A stretch of 64,000 bases of DNA from contig JALHMH010000001.1 in the NCBI GenBank assembly GCA_022844165.1, positions 253,420 through 317,419 of the forward strand, in the 5' to 3' direction. Of this stretch, positions 47,487 to 56,216 are shown one piece after another (position 1 is the stretch's first letter; each line of letters opens with the position of its first letter). The translations under genes and the position numbers were made by a program. The DNA comes from Lysobacterales bacterium (lineage in GTDB: Bacteria > Pseudomonadota > Gammaproteobacteria > Xanthomonadales > SZUA-5). The notes below the pieces were generated by a model. That model had not been told where the DNA came from. It searched no databases and saw nothing but the letters and a program-made list of their open reading frames with translations.

Positions 47487-48007
47487 TGATCGCAGCAGAT
47501 TTCGCTGCGCGTGCCGAGCGCCTCCGGCTGATCGGCTTTGATGTCGACGGAGTGCTGACCGATGGCAGGCTGATTTATGGCGAAAGCGAATCCAAAGCCT
47601 TTCATGCCCGGGACGGCCTGGGACTGAAGCTCCTGCAGCTGGCCGGCATTCGTATTGTGGTCATCAGCGCCCGCCACAGCGAGGCGACCGCGCGTCGGTT
47701 GCGCGAACTTGGCATCCAAGACGTAGCACTCGGCGTGACGCAGAAGTTGACGAGCTTCGAAGCAATGCTTGAATCTGCCGGGATCGCGTTCGATGAGGCC
47801 GCGTTTATGGGCGACGATGTGCCGGATTTGCCGATTCTTCGTCGTGTGGGTCTGGCGGCAACCGTTGTTGAAGCATCCGCCGCGATCCATGTGCCCTGTC
47901 ATTTTGTGGCGACGCGTCCGGCCGGAATGGGTGCGGTACGCGAATTCATCGATGCTGTTCTGCATGCGCGTGGCCAACTCGATGCACTGATTGAGCGGGC
48001 GTTGTGA
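47486..48007 (+). CDS. kdsC: KDO 8-phosphate phosphatase
   Basis: FDVDGVLTDG, MGDDVPD, GAVRE. Confidence 0.93.
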   Translation: MIAADFAARAERLRLIGFDVDGVLTDGRLIYGESESKAFHARDGLGLKLLQLAGIRIVVISARHSEATARRLRELGIQDVALGVTQKLTSFEAMLESAGIAFDEAAFMGDDVPDLPILRRVGLAATVVEASAAIHVPCHFVATRPAGMGAVREFIDAVLHARGQLDALIERAL

Positions 48008-48579
48008 CGCCCGAACGAACCCGTTGGGTAGCGGCTGCGCTGGCCTTGACGGCCTTGGCGAGCTACGCCCTGCTGCGCTATTTCGCTCCCGATCGTCTGG
48101 CGCCGATAAAGCCCCAGGCGGCCCGGCAGGATAACGAGATCCGCGGCGTTGAGATGCGTGTATACGACAAAACCGGAGCGCCGAATCTGGTTTTGATCAG
48201 CCCGCGCATTGTCAGTCCAAGGCGCGGCGATGAATACCTGATCGAAACACCATTGTTTGACGTACTCAGCGAGGGGGGCGCGCGCTGGAAGGGCGAGGCC
48301 CGTGTCGGCAGACTCGATATCGGAGCGGATAGACTGTGGCTTGAAGACGATGTGCGAATTGTTGGGCGGCGCGAAACACGGCCGACGACGACCATCACGG
48401 GTGAGCGCATTGAGTTTCGCATGACCGAGCGGCTGGTCGTCAGCGACGAGGCCGTCACTCTGGCGCAAGCGCAGGGCCAGATCAGCGGCGTGGGCTTGCG
48501 TGCCGATCTTAAGAACGATCGAGTGGTGCTGCAGAACGATGTGGAGGGTGTTTATGTCACGCAAAAACGCAAGTCTTAG
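48004..48579 (+). CDS. lptC: LPS export protein LptC
   Basis: N-terminal TM plus beta-rich domain; synteny kdsC-lptC-lptA-lptB. Confidence 0.88.
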   Translation: MTPERTRWVAAALALTALASYALLRYFAPDRLAPIKPQAARQDNEIRGVEMRVYDKTGAPNLVLISPRIVSPRRGDEYLIETPLFDVLSEGGARWKGEARVGRLDIGADRLWLEDDVRIVGRRETRPTTTITGERIEFRMTERLVVSDEAVTLAQAQGQISGVGLRADLKNDRVVLQNDVEGVYVTQKRKS

Positions 48580-48720
48580 CGAGGCTTCGCCTCAGGCAGC
48601 GGAACGTTGTTGGCCTTATCCACGGACAAACAACGCATCCAGATCAACACAGTTTCGTGGCCCGGCGGAACAGCCGAAGGTCGTTCGGCTCAGCACACGC
48701 TGCTCTGTCAAGGACTCGAG
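48577..48720 (-). repeat. Internally deleted copy of the dispersed repeat between lptC and lptA
   Basis: Starts TAGCGAGGCTTCGCCTCAG at the lptC stop, contains GGCCCGGCGGAACAGCCG..GGTCGTTCGGCTC, ends TCAAGGACTC. Confidence 0.75.
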
Positions 48721-48721
48721 T

Positions 48722-49255
48722 ATGACCGCAGCTCAGAGACCCAAGGGTCGAGTTGCCGCAGCTCGGTTGATCACGCCATGGGTCGTGTCGCTGGGCGTGC
48801 TTCTATCGCTCCCGGTATTCGCGTTGGACAGCGATCGCCAGCAGCCGATGCGCATTCGCTCCGACCGTTCTGAGGCCGATCTGGCAAAAGACTCGACGGT
48901 ACTGATCGGCAATGTCCGCATCACGCAAGGCTCACTGGAGGTCGGAGCCGAACGCGCCTATATCACCCAGGCCCAGGGCGAAGTGTCGCGCGCGGTGTTG
49001 ACCGGCAAACCGGCGACGCTGCGCCAGCAGGTCGAGGCAGGCGGCGAGTTGCGCGCGCAGGCGCGTCGTATCGACTACGCACTCGCCAATGAGAGCATCG
49101 AGTTGACGGGTGGTGTCGTCATCGAACGCCCTCAGGGCACGCTTCGATCGGAGCGAGTTGTGTACTCGGTCAAAGATGGTCGCGTAGTTGCTGGCGATGA
49201 CGCAGGTGGTGTGGAACTCGTGATCCCGCCGCGAGCGCCGGCGAAACCCGAGTAG
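48722..49255 (+). CDS. lptA: LPS transport periplasmic protein LptA
   Basis: [26 protein letters not shown]. Confidence 0.92.
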   Translation: MTAAQRPKGRVAAARLITPWVVSLGVLLSLPVFALDSDRQQPMRIRSDRSEADLAKDSTVLIGNVRITQGSLEVGAERAYITQAQGEVSRAVLTGKPATLRQQVEAGGELRAQARRIDYALANESIELTGGVVIERPQGTLRSERVVYSVKDGRVVAGDDAGGVELVIPPRAPAKPE

Positions 49256-49974
49256 TGTTGCTCGTCGACGACATCGCCAAGAGCTACCGCGGCCGCGAAG
49301 TCGTCCGCGGCGTCAATTGTCACCTGAGCGTTGGCGAAGTCGTAGGGTTGTTGGGGCCCAATGGCGCCGGCAAGACCACCTGTTTTTACATGATTGTGGG
49401 TTTGGTTGCGGCAGACCGCGGCCGCATCGAAATCGACGGCAAGAACATTACTGCGCTGTCGATGGCTGATCGTGCACGCATGGGTATCGGCTATTTGCCG
49501 CAAGAACCGAGCGTGTTTCGACGATTGAGCGTCGAGGACAATATCTTGACCGTACTCGAAATGCGCCGCGATCTGACCCGTCGGGGGCGGCAGAAGATCC
49601 TGGAGTCGCTGCTTGAAGAGCTGCAAGTGACGCACCTGCGCGCTCAGATGGGGCAAAGCTTGTCCGGTGGCGAGCGGCGCCGCGTCGAAATTGCGCGAAC
49701 ATTAGCTGTCAAGCCGCGTTTCATTATGCTTGATGAGCCATTCGCTGGCGTCGATCCGATTACCGTCGGTGAAATTCAGTCGACCATTGCGCATCTCAAA
49801 GACCGGGGCATCGGCGTGCTGATCACCGACCACAACGTTCGCGAGACCTTGGGCATCTGCGATCGCGCTTATGTGCTGAACGCAGGCCAGGTGCTTGCCG
49901 AGGGCAGTCCAAAACAAATCCTCGACCATCCCAAGGTCCGCGAGGTGTATTTGGGCGAACGGTTCACGCTCTGA
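49255..49974 (+). CDS. lptB: LPS export ABC ATPase LptB
   Basis: [47 protein letters not shown]. Confidence 0.97.
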   Translation: MLLVDDIAKSYRGREVVRGVNCHLSVGEVVGLLGPNGAGKTTCFYMIVGLVAADRGRIEIDGKNITALSMADRARMGIGYLPQEPSVFRRLSVEDNILTVLEMRRDLTRRGRQKILESLLEELQVTHLRAQMGQSLSGGERRRVEIARTLAVKPRFIMLDEPFAGVDPITVGEIQSTIAHLKDRGIGVLITDHNVRETLGICDRAYVLNAGQVLAEGSPKQILDHPKVREVYLGERFTL

Positions 49975-50249
49975 GCCGCGGCACTTAGTTGGAACCGATG
50001 GCGACAATGCGAGCGGTCACGCACCCAATCAGATGACGGCCGACTGGGTGAAGTCATCCAACGGGCATGGCCTGGTCCGGATGTGACTTCGACGCCGCCG
50101 GAATCTCGATTCGCCGACTGCTACTTTAGCGTTGCAGACGACTCGGTTTCTCCGATTCTAAGGCTCACGAGCCCCGTTTTGGTCTCGCACTCCACTGTGT
50201 CAATGAGCTGCCCAGTCGCCAGCGCCTGAAATTGCCAGATCTCACGAGC

Positions 50250-51557
50250 TTAAGACGATGTGGGAATTTTCAACACCTTGCCAACGTTCACTCGATCGCT
50301 CGCCAACGCGTTGGCTCGGCGAATGCGCGCCACACTGACGCCATGACGCACGGCGATTTCGCTCAAGGTTTCACCGCGCGCAACAACATGTGATCGCTGA
50401 GTCGCGTTTGCGGCGATCCACGTTCCCGGCGGCGGCGCCGCGTGAAAGTAGTCGCGCATGCCGGTCAGAATTGCCTCTGCCAGCCGATCGCGATGGCCAG
50501 CATCGTTCAGTTTGCGCTCTTCGTCTGGGTTGCTGATGAAGCCGGTCTCGATCAGCACGCTCGGTACGTCGGGTGAGCGAAGGACGAAGAAGTTCGCGCG
50601 TTCAACATAGCGCTTATGGGCTTTACCCATGCGCTGCAAAGAGGTCAACAGATGTTCAGCTGCTTGAGAGCTGGCTTCTAGCGTTGCGCCTTGTGAGAGA
50701 TCGAGTAAGACCGAGGCAAGTACAGTGTCTTTGTTGTTCAGCGAAACGCCTCCGATCAGATCCGACCGATTCTCGCGTTCTGCCAGATATCGCGTGGCTT
50801 CGCTGCTGGCGCCACGAGTGCTCATGACATAAACGCTCGAGCCACGCGCAGAACGATTCAGAGCCGCATCTGCATGCACCGAGACGAACAAGTCTGCTTT
50901 TTCTTCGCGCGCCTTCTCATAGCGATCGCGGAGCGGAACGAAGGTGTCGTCGTCGCGGATCAGCACCGCGCGCATGCCGGGTTCGGCGTCGATTTTTGCC
51001 GCCAGGAGCCTGGCCACTTTCAGCGTGATGCGTTTTTCGTAGGTGCCGCCAGGTCCGATTGCCCCAGGATCGGCGCCACCGTGACCGGCATCCACTGCGA
51101 TCACGACATCGCGTTGCTCGGACTTGCCGATCCTGCCGGTCTTGGGTACTTCGTGCTCGATGGTGTCCAGCGCCGCCATGTCGACGATCAGCCGGTGACG
51201 AAACCGATCGGCGGGCGGCAACACAAAGGACTTCGGCCGAACCGGTGCCGTCAGGTCGAACACGATACGCAGACGGTTGTGAGCCGGCTGCCCGGTGCGC
51301 ACCGATTTGACTAAGCCGCGACCATCAGCCGTAACATCGCGCGTCAGTTTGCCATCGACGATATCGAGTACCAGCCGATCGGGCCCCTCCAACGTGAAGA
51401 CCTTGTACTCAGCTTCGCGCGAGAGCTCAACGATGGCTCGCGTTTCTTTCTTGAGTACCTGTACTCGCACATTGCGAACGTCTGCGCCGAGCGCTGCCGT
51501 AGGCAAAAATGCAACGAGAAGGGCAAACACGGCGCGCATAACAGTGGGCAATCTCAT
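50250..51557 (-). CDS. N-acetylmuramoyl-L-alanine amidase (AMIN + Amidase_3 + LysM)
   Basis: Signal peptide, PDRLVLD, DAGHGG.DPGA, SVHAD, LIETGFISN, LysM GETLSEIA. Confidence 0.94.
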   Translation of the reverse strand: MRLPTVMRAVFALLVAFLPTAALGADVRNVRVQVLKKETRAIVELSREAEYKVFTLEGPDRLVLDIVDGKLTRDVTADGRGLVKSVRTGQPAHNRLRIVFDLTAPVRPKSFVLPPADRFRHRLIVDMAALDTIEHEVPKTGRIGKSEQRDVVIAVDAGHGGADPGAIGPGGTYEKRITLKVARLLAAKIDAEPGMRAVLIRDDDTFVPLRDRYEKAREEKADLFVSVHADAALNRSARGSSVYVMSTRGASSEATRYLAERENRSDLIGGVSLNNKDTVLASVLLDLSQGATLEASSQAAEHLLTSLQRMGKAHKRYVERANFFVLRSPDVPSVLIETGFISNPDEERKLNDAGHRDRLAEAILTGMRDYFHAAPPPGTWIAANATQRSHVVARGETLSEIAVRHGVSVARIRRANALASDRVNVGKVLKIPTSS

Positions 51558-51705
51558 TTGATGAGATATTGAATCGCAAAGCTAGGCGTTTTGACAAGTG
51601 TTTTCTAGTTCTGGCAACAGTTTAGCTGTTCTTGTTAAGCCCGCTTGTTATGTTGGCGGACAGCTTGGCGCCAACTTTGCTCGCCGGTAGATCAAAAACC
51701 GACGC

Positions 51706-52005
51706 TCACCAACGATGACGCTTTGCATGAGAAATGGTGCGGGACGAAGCATTCAGCCGATGGTGCAGTCGGGCGCGTTCCTGCCGAGTCACAACCCCGT
51801 CGGATTCGAAGCGTCGCTCGGCGCGGGCGATTCGGTCCTGTTGACGATTGAGCGTTGCCAGTTCCCGCTGCGAGAGTCTGCCGCTGATCGCGCCTTGTTC
51901 AATGCGGGCCTCCTGCCGTGCCTGACGGACATCAATGCGCGGCGTCGCAGCGCTGGCGATTGTCGCCGACATCAGGATCGAGAGAATAAGTCCGAACTTC
52001 AGCAT
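51706..52005 (-). CDS. Small secreted Arg/Gln-rich helical protein
   Basis: Signal peptide, then TPRIDVRQARQEARIEQG..SG.L and DGVVT..ER repeats. Confidence 0.75.
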   Translation of the reverse strand: MLKFGLILSILMSATIASAATPRIDVRQARQEARIEQGAISGRLSQRELATLNRQQDRIARAERRFESDGVVTRQERARLHHRLNASSRTISHAKRHRW

Positions 52006-52129
52006 GTTGTGCTCCTGACTTCGGCAAGTTTGCCGGTTTGTGAGGAGAAAACGAAGATCAGTCGAATGCGTTGACCTGCAGGGGGTGTTGACAAGAATGC
52101 GCACGAACGAAGCTGATTGGTCTGCGGTC

Positions 52130-52370
52130 AGAGTCCTTGACTGAGCGGAATTTTGTCTCTTGAGTCAACGATTCTTCGAAGCGGCTTTGGCTGTTGAAGC
52201 CCCCTTGAATACCTGAGGATCGGCGCTGACACGCCGCAAGGCGTGTGCCGAGCCGAACGACCGGCGGCTGTGCCGCCGGGCCGGAAATGCGCGGAGCGCT
52301 CAATGGGGGTTGTGGCAAGTACGGTGTCTGGCGAAGCCAACAATGCTCGGCGGTCTGAGGCGAAGCCTCG
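52130..52370 (+). repeat. Full copy of the dispersed ~250 bp palindromic repeat (MITE/REP-like)
   Basis: AGAGTCCTTGA ... GAGGCGAAGCCTCG; close inverted match to 53696-53947. Confidence 0.9.
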
Positions 52371-52380
52371 ACAGGATTCG

Positions 52381-53310
52381 TTAGAAGTCTTGCTCATAAC
52401 GCACATAAGGGGTGCGCGAAAAGATGTCGGGTTCGCGGTCCTGGATGACCGGTTGCGCCAATTCCGGCGGCTGCCCTTTGGTGATCAGGTTCTGCGCGCC
52501 GACCGACAAAACGCCTCGCCAGGGTGTGCGCCAGCTGACACCAAGATCCAGGCCTGCCCACCATGGACTTAGCGAGTCCATTCCTCGGCGAATCATCTGA
52601 GTCGCCATGTCCGCACTGAAATCGCCATAAGCAAGCCTTAGCTGCATGCGATCAAGATCGGGCGAATTGTCCAGTAATGTCAGCTCTGTGCGAGTCAGGG
52701 AGATGCCCAGAGAGGACACGGGCGACAGCACCATTTCCCCGCTCACGAAAATCGATGTCGCAGGTTCCGCCAGGTTGAAACTGTGAAATGAGGTGCTCAG
52801 GGCTGCGGCCATATCGTTCATAGGCAATTGCCCAGGGAGGACCCAGATCGCGGGCGATTCGCTTGCACCTAAAGCCAGTCCCACAAATCCCAGCTGCACG
52901 TTCGCAGATACTTCGACGCCACTGGCGTTGAACGATGTGCACGGATCCGATTGCACCGGAGCGAGCGGCGTATGCATCAGGCTGCGGCAAGGCACGAAGT
53001 CAGTCACCGTCACGCTGGCCCCAATGCCCATCGAATCGGTCATGGACCAGCCCGCATCAATCGCGGTGGACTCCGTCCTGCCGCGCCAGAGGCGATCTCG
53101 CGAAACCTGGGCCAGTCCGATCATGACGCCATCGCCCGCGGATTGGTCTGCGTCGATCACCGGAAAAAGCGGCCCTGGAGTCTCGCCCAGAACGAACACC
53201 GGCACCCATGCCGACTGCACCTCAGCGCCTTGCGGCGTGAGCAAAGGAATCCCGTCGCTGGCCATCAAACCAGGCGCAACCAGCCACAAAAGGTGTGCCG
53301 CAAGTTTCAT
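52381..53310 (-). CDS. Conserved hypothetical exported protein, probable outer-membrane beta protein
   Basis: Signal-like N-terminus, amphipathic strands, WAGLDLGVSWRTPW, C-terminal PYVRYEQDF; start may be 53403. Confidence 0.65.
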   Translation of the reverse strand: MKLAAHLLWLVAPGLMASDGIPLLTPQGAEVQSAWVPVFVLGETPGPLFPVIDADQSAGDGVMIGLAQVSRDRLWRGRTESTAIDAGWSMTDSMGIGASVTVTDFVPCRSLMHTPLAPVQSDPCTSFNASGVEVSANVQLGFVGLALGASESPAIWVLPGQLPMNDMAAALSTSFHSFNLAEPATSIFVSGEMVLSPVSSLGISLTRTELTLLDNSPDLDRMQLRLAYGDFSADMATQMIRRGMDSLSPWWAGLDLGVSWRTPWRGVLSVGAQNLITKGQPPELAQPVIQDREPDIFSRTPYVRYEQDF

Positions 53311-53695
53311 AGGTTGGATGATCGCGCTGTTCAGCGTCTCTTTACTAGGCGATTGGACGTTAAATGTCGTTAAGAGTTCAACGGCTTGGCGCATCTTTTT
53401 CATTTATTTCGTGAAACACGGCGCCTTTTCAGCAACAGAACCACATTTGAACAGACGTTGGCGTGAAAGTGTGTCGATTGGATGTTGGTTCCTCCCCGAT
53501 GTTCGGGGATGAGTCAGGCGCGTTTGGCCAGCATGCGGACCGCAACTGCGAACGCCAGCGGCGCGCCGCTGGGCCGGGCAGGTTGGGGTGGAGTGAGGAA
53601 CAGCGAAGGTCTTCCGCACCGTCCATGGCCGCAAAACCCTCATTCTTGCGGGAGTATTTCAGCCATGATCGTGGTCGCGAACGCCTGCGAACTCA

Positions 53696-53947
53696 AGCGA
53701 GGCTTCGCCTCAGACCGCCAAGCACTGTTTGCTTCGCCAGACAGCGTGCTTGCCAAAACCCCCATTGAGCGCTGCGCGCATTTCCGGCCCGGCGGCACAG
53801 CCGCCGGTCGTTCGGCTCGGCACACGCCTCGCGGCGTGTCAGCGCCGATCCTCACCCCCCTTGTACTCAAGGGGGCTTCAACAGCCAAAGCCGCACCGAC
53901 GAAAATTTGACTCAAATGACAAGATCCAGCTTCATCAAGGACTCTAG
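53696..53947 (-). repeat. Full inverted copy of the dispersed ~250 bp repeat
   Basis: Reverse complement aligns with 52130-52370; ends at CTAG. Confidence 0.9.
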
Positions 53948-54103
53948 CAGGCTGTTGAGAAACAGCCTGCGGGCGCGAACCATGGATGGTTCGCACATGG
54001 ATCGAGCACGTAAGTGCTTGATCCGTGGAGAGCGAGTCCGGACATGTGTCGGACTCGCGACTTGAGAAACGCACAGGAAGTGCGTTTCTCAACAACGTGC
54101 TAG
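53944..54103. mobile_element. 160 bp MITE-like element with 19 bp imperfect terminal inverted repeats
   Basis: Left CTAGCAGGCTGTTGAGAAA; right (reverse complement) CTAGCACGTTGTTGAGAAA; internal hairpins; no ORF. Confidence 0.6.
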
Positions 54104-54145
54104 TGGCAATAAAGTCACGAGCGCTGTTGTCAGGACGAGGCGCAA

Positions 54146-54895
54146 TCATCCGCATCGCCTTTGGCGCACGGCTTCGAACAGCATCACCGCGGTTGCGACA
54201 CTGACGTTAAGGCTCTCGACGCCAGGCGCCATTGGTATTGCCCACAGGAAGTCGCAGGTCTTGCGGGTGAGTTCGCGCAGACCTTCGCCTTCGTTACCGA
54301 GTACGATCGCAATCGGTCCTTTCAGGTCGGCGCAGTAAAAGTCGCTGCTCGCGTCGCCCACCGCACCGCCGATCCAAATGCCCGCTTTCTTCAGTGCTTC
54401 CAGTGTGCGGGCAAGATTGGTGACGCGCACTAGCGGCAGGCGTGCCGCGAGCCCCGCCGAAGCGCGCAACACGGCGGCGGTCAACCCAACCGCACGATCT
54501 TTGGGAACAATCACCGCCAGTGCGCCCGCGGCTGCAGCTGTGCGAATACAGGCCCCCAGGTTATGCGGATCCTGTACGCCATCAAGGACCAGCAATAAGG
54601 GCGACTTTGAACCATCGATCAAGCGCAATAAGTCGTGCTCGTCGAGCGTCTGCGGTAGTCGAAAACGCACCACGATGCCCTGGTGTCGATCGCTGTTTGC
54701 ACGCTTGTCCAACGCCGCGCGCGGCACACGTTGTGTAGCGATCCCGAGACCGCGAAGACGCTGCCACAGAGCTTCGACACGCGCGCTGCGTTTGCCGTCT
54801 TCAACCCACGCCTCCAAAACGCGCGACGGATCCGCGTCCAACTGAGCTTGCACCGCATTGGGTCCAAGCAAAATATCTTCGTTGTTCTGGCTCAT
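54146..54895 (-). CDS. rlmB: 23S rRNA (Gm2251) 2'-O-methyltransferase
   Basis: HQG, LDGVQDPHNLGACIR, GNEGEG, ESLNVSVA. Confidence 0.95.
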   Translation of the reverse strand: MSQNNEDILLGPNAVQAQLDADPSRVLEAWVEDGKRSARVEALWQRLRGLGIATQRVPRAALDKRANSDRHQGIVVRFRLPQTLDEHDLLRLIDGSKSPLLLVLDGVQDPHNLGACIRTAAAAGALAVIVPKDRAVGLTAAVLRASAGLAARLPLVRVTNLARTLEALKKAGIWIGGAVGDASSDFYCADLKGPIAIVLGNEGEGLRELTRKTCDFLWAIPMAPGVESLNVSVATAVMLFEAVRQRRCG

Positions 54896-55215
54896 GGACG
54901 TTTGTATTTGTCGCCGCGCAGGACATCCACATTTTGTGCGAACAGGATGATCGAATAGTGTTCGAAATACCGTTCACGCATCTTCTCCGCGATGCGATCA
55001 ACCACTTCGATCGATGCCAATATCTGGATTTCGACGTTGTCGCCCTGCCATTCGTCCACCATCACGCCGCGCGAACCGCGTCCTTCGCTGTCGATGACGG
55101 TATAGCCGCTGACGCTCATTTGATCGAGATGGCGCAAGATGCGGTCACGAAGCAACCGCTCAGCCACAATGGTCAGCAAGCGCACCTGTTGCCACGCCAG
55201 TCCAGAGTCGCTCAT
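54892..55215 (-). CDS. sbtB: PII-like SbtB family protein (107 aa)
   Basis: LLTIVAE..L, SGYTV..EGRGSRG T-loop, NVEI, YFEHY; ATGA-coupled to sbtA. Confidence 0.8.
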   Translation of the reverse strand: MSDSGLAWQQVRLLTIVAERLLRDRILRHLDQMSVSGYTVIDSEGRGSRGVMVDEWQGDNVEIQILASIEVVDRIAEKMRERYFEHYSIILFAQNVDVLRGDKYKRP

Positions 55216-56174
55216 GACAATGCCCTCGCCACGGCCAGATAAATGGGAATTCCGAGCGCAAGGTTGAACGGGAAGGTCAATCCGAGCGCGGCAGTCAGAT
55301 ACAACGAAGGATTGGCCTCGGGCAATCCCATGCGCACCGCTGCCGGCGCAGCGATATACGAGGCCGACGACAACATTGCGCCAAACACGGCCGCGCCACC
55401 CGGGCTGAACCCAAGTGCGGTGCCCAGCCAAACGCCGAATACACCATGCGTGATGGGGACTGCCACGGTGAATGCAACGAAGCGCCAGCCCACGATGCGG
55501 ACATCCTTGAGGCGTTTTGCAGCCGCCATTCCAAGATCGAGCAAAAACAAAACCAAAACGCCGTCGAACAAGGTGAAGAACAGTGGCGTCACGCGTTGCA
55601 TTCGTTCGGCGCCTGCCAGGGCGCCGATCAGCAGGCCGCCGCCCAGCAGCATCATCGTGCGGCCGGTCAGCACTTCGCGGATGCTCAGCCACATGCGCTC
55701 GCCGCCGCGGCTGCTGCGTTGCCCGAGCCAAAGGCCGATCAGGATTGCCGGAATTTCCAGCGCTACCAATAGTGCGACCAGAATTCCCTCTGGCTCGCCG
55801 AAAACGCGCGCGGACAGGTCGCGAGCCGCGATAAACGTCACTGCCGAAACAGAACCGTAGTGCGCGGACACTGCGGCGGCGTCGATCTTTGAAAGCCCAA
55901 CGAACCGGCGCAACACCAAGTACGCAAAAAGGGTTGTCGCGATACCTGCGGCAACCGTTGTCAGCAACGGCAACCACAAAGTCGACAGCGACGCCTGCGA
56001 CACTGCAACGCCACCTTTGAAACCGATGGCGAGCAACAAGAACAAGCTCATCGCGCTGTGCATCGCCGGTGGCACTTCCAGATCGCTCTTGAGCGATGTG
56101 GCGACCACGCCAAGCACAAAAGCAAGAACGACCGGCGACAACAGGTTTGCCGCCAGCAAGTCCAGGCTCAACAT
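55212..56174 (-). CDS. sbtA: Sodium-dependent bicarbonate transport family permease (SbtA-like)
   Basis: KSDLEVP, LLAIGFKGG, AHYGSVSAVTF, SASYIAAPAA, LGLTFPFN. Confidence 0.88.
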   Translation of the reverse strand: MLSLDLLAANLLSPVVLAFVLGVVATSLKSDLEVPPAMHSAMSLFLLLAIGFKGGVAVSQASLSTLWLPLLTTVAAGIATTLFAYLVLRRFVGLSKIDAAAVSAHYGSVSAVTFIAARDLSARVFGEPEGILVALLVALEIPAILIGLWLGQRSSRGGERMWLSIREVLTGRTMMLLGGGLLIGALAGAERMQRVTPLFFTLFDGVLVLFLLDLGMAAAKRLKDVRIVGWRFVAFTVAVPITHGVFGVWLGTALGFSPGGAAVFGAMLSSASYIAAPAAVRMGLPEANPSLYLTAALGLTFPFNLALGIPIYLAVARALS

Positions 56175-56216
56175 GTCGCCACCGATTGGCGGATCATCAA
56201 AGGCGTGCCATCGACC

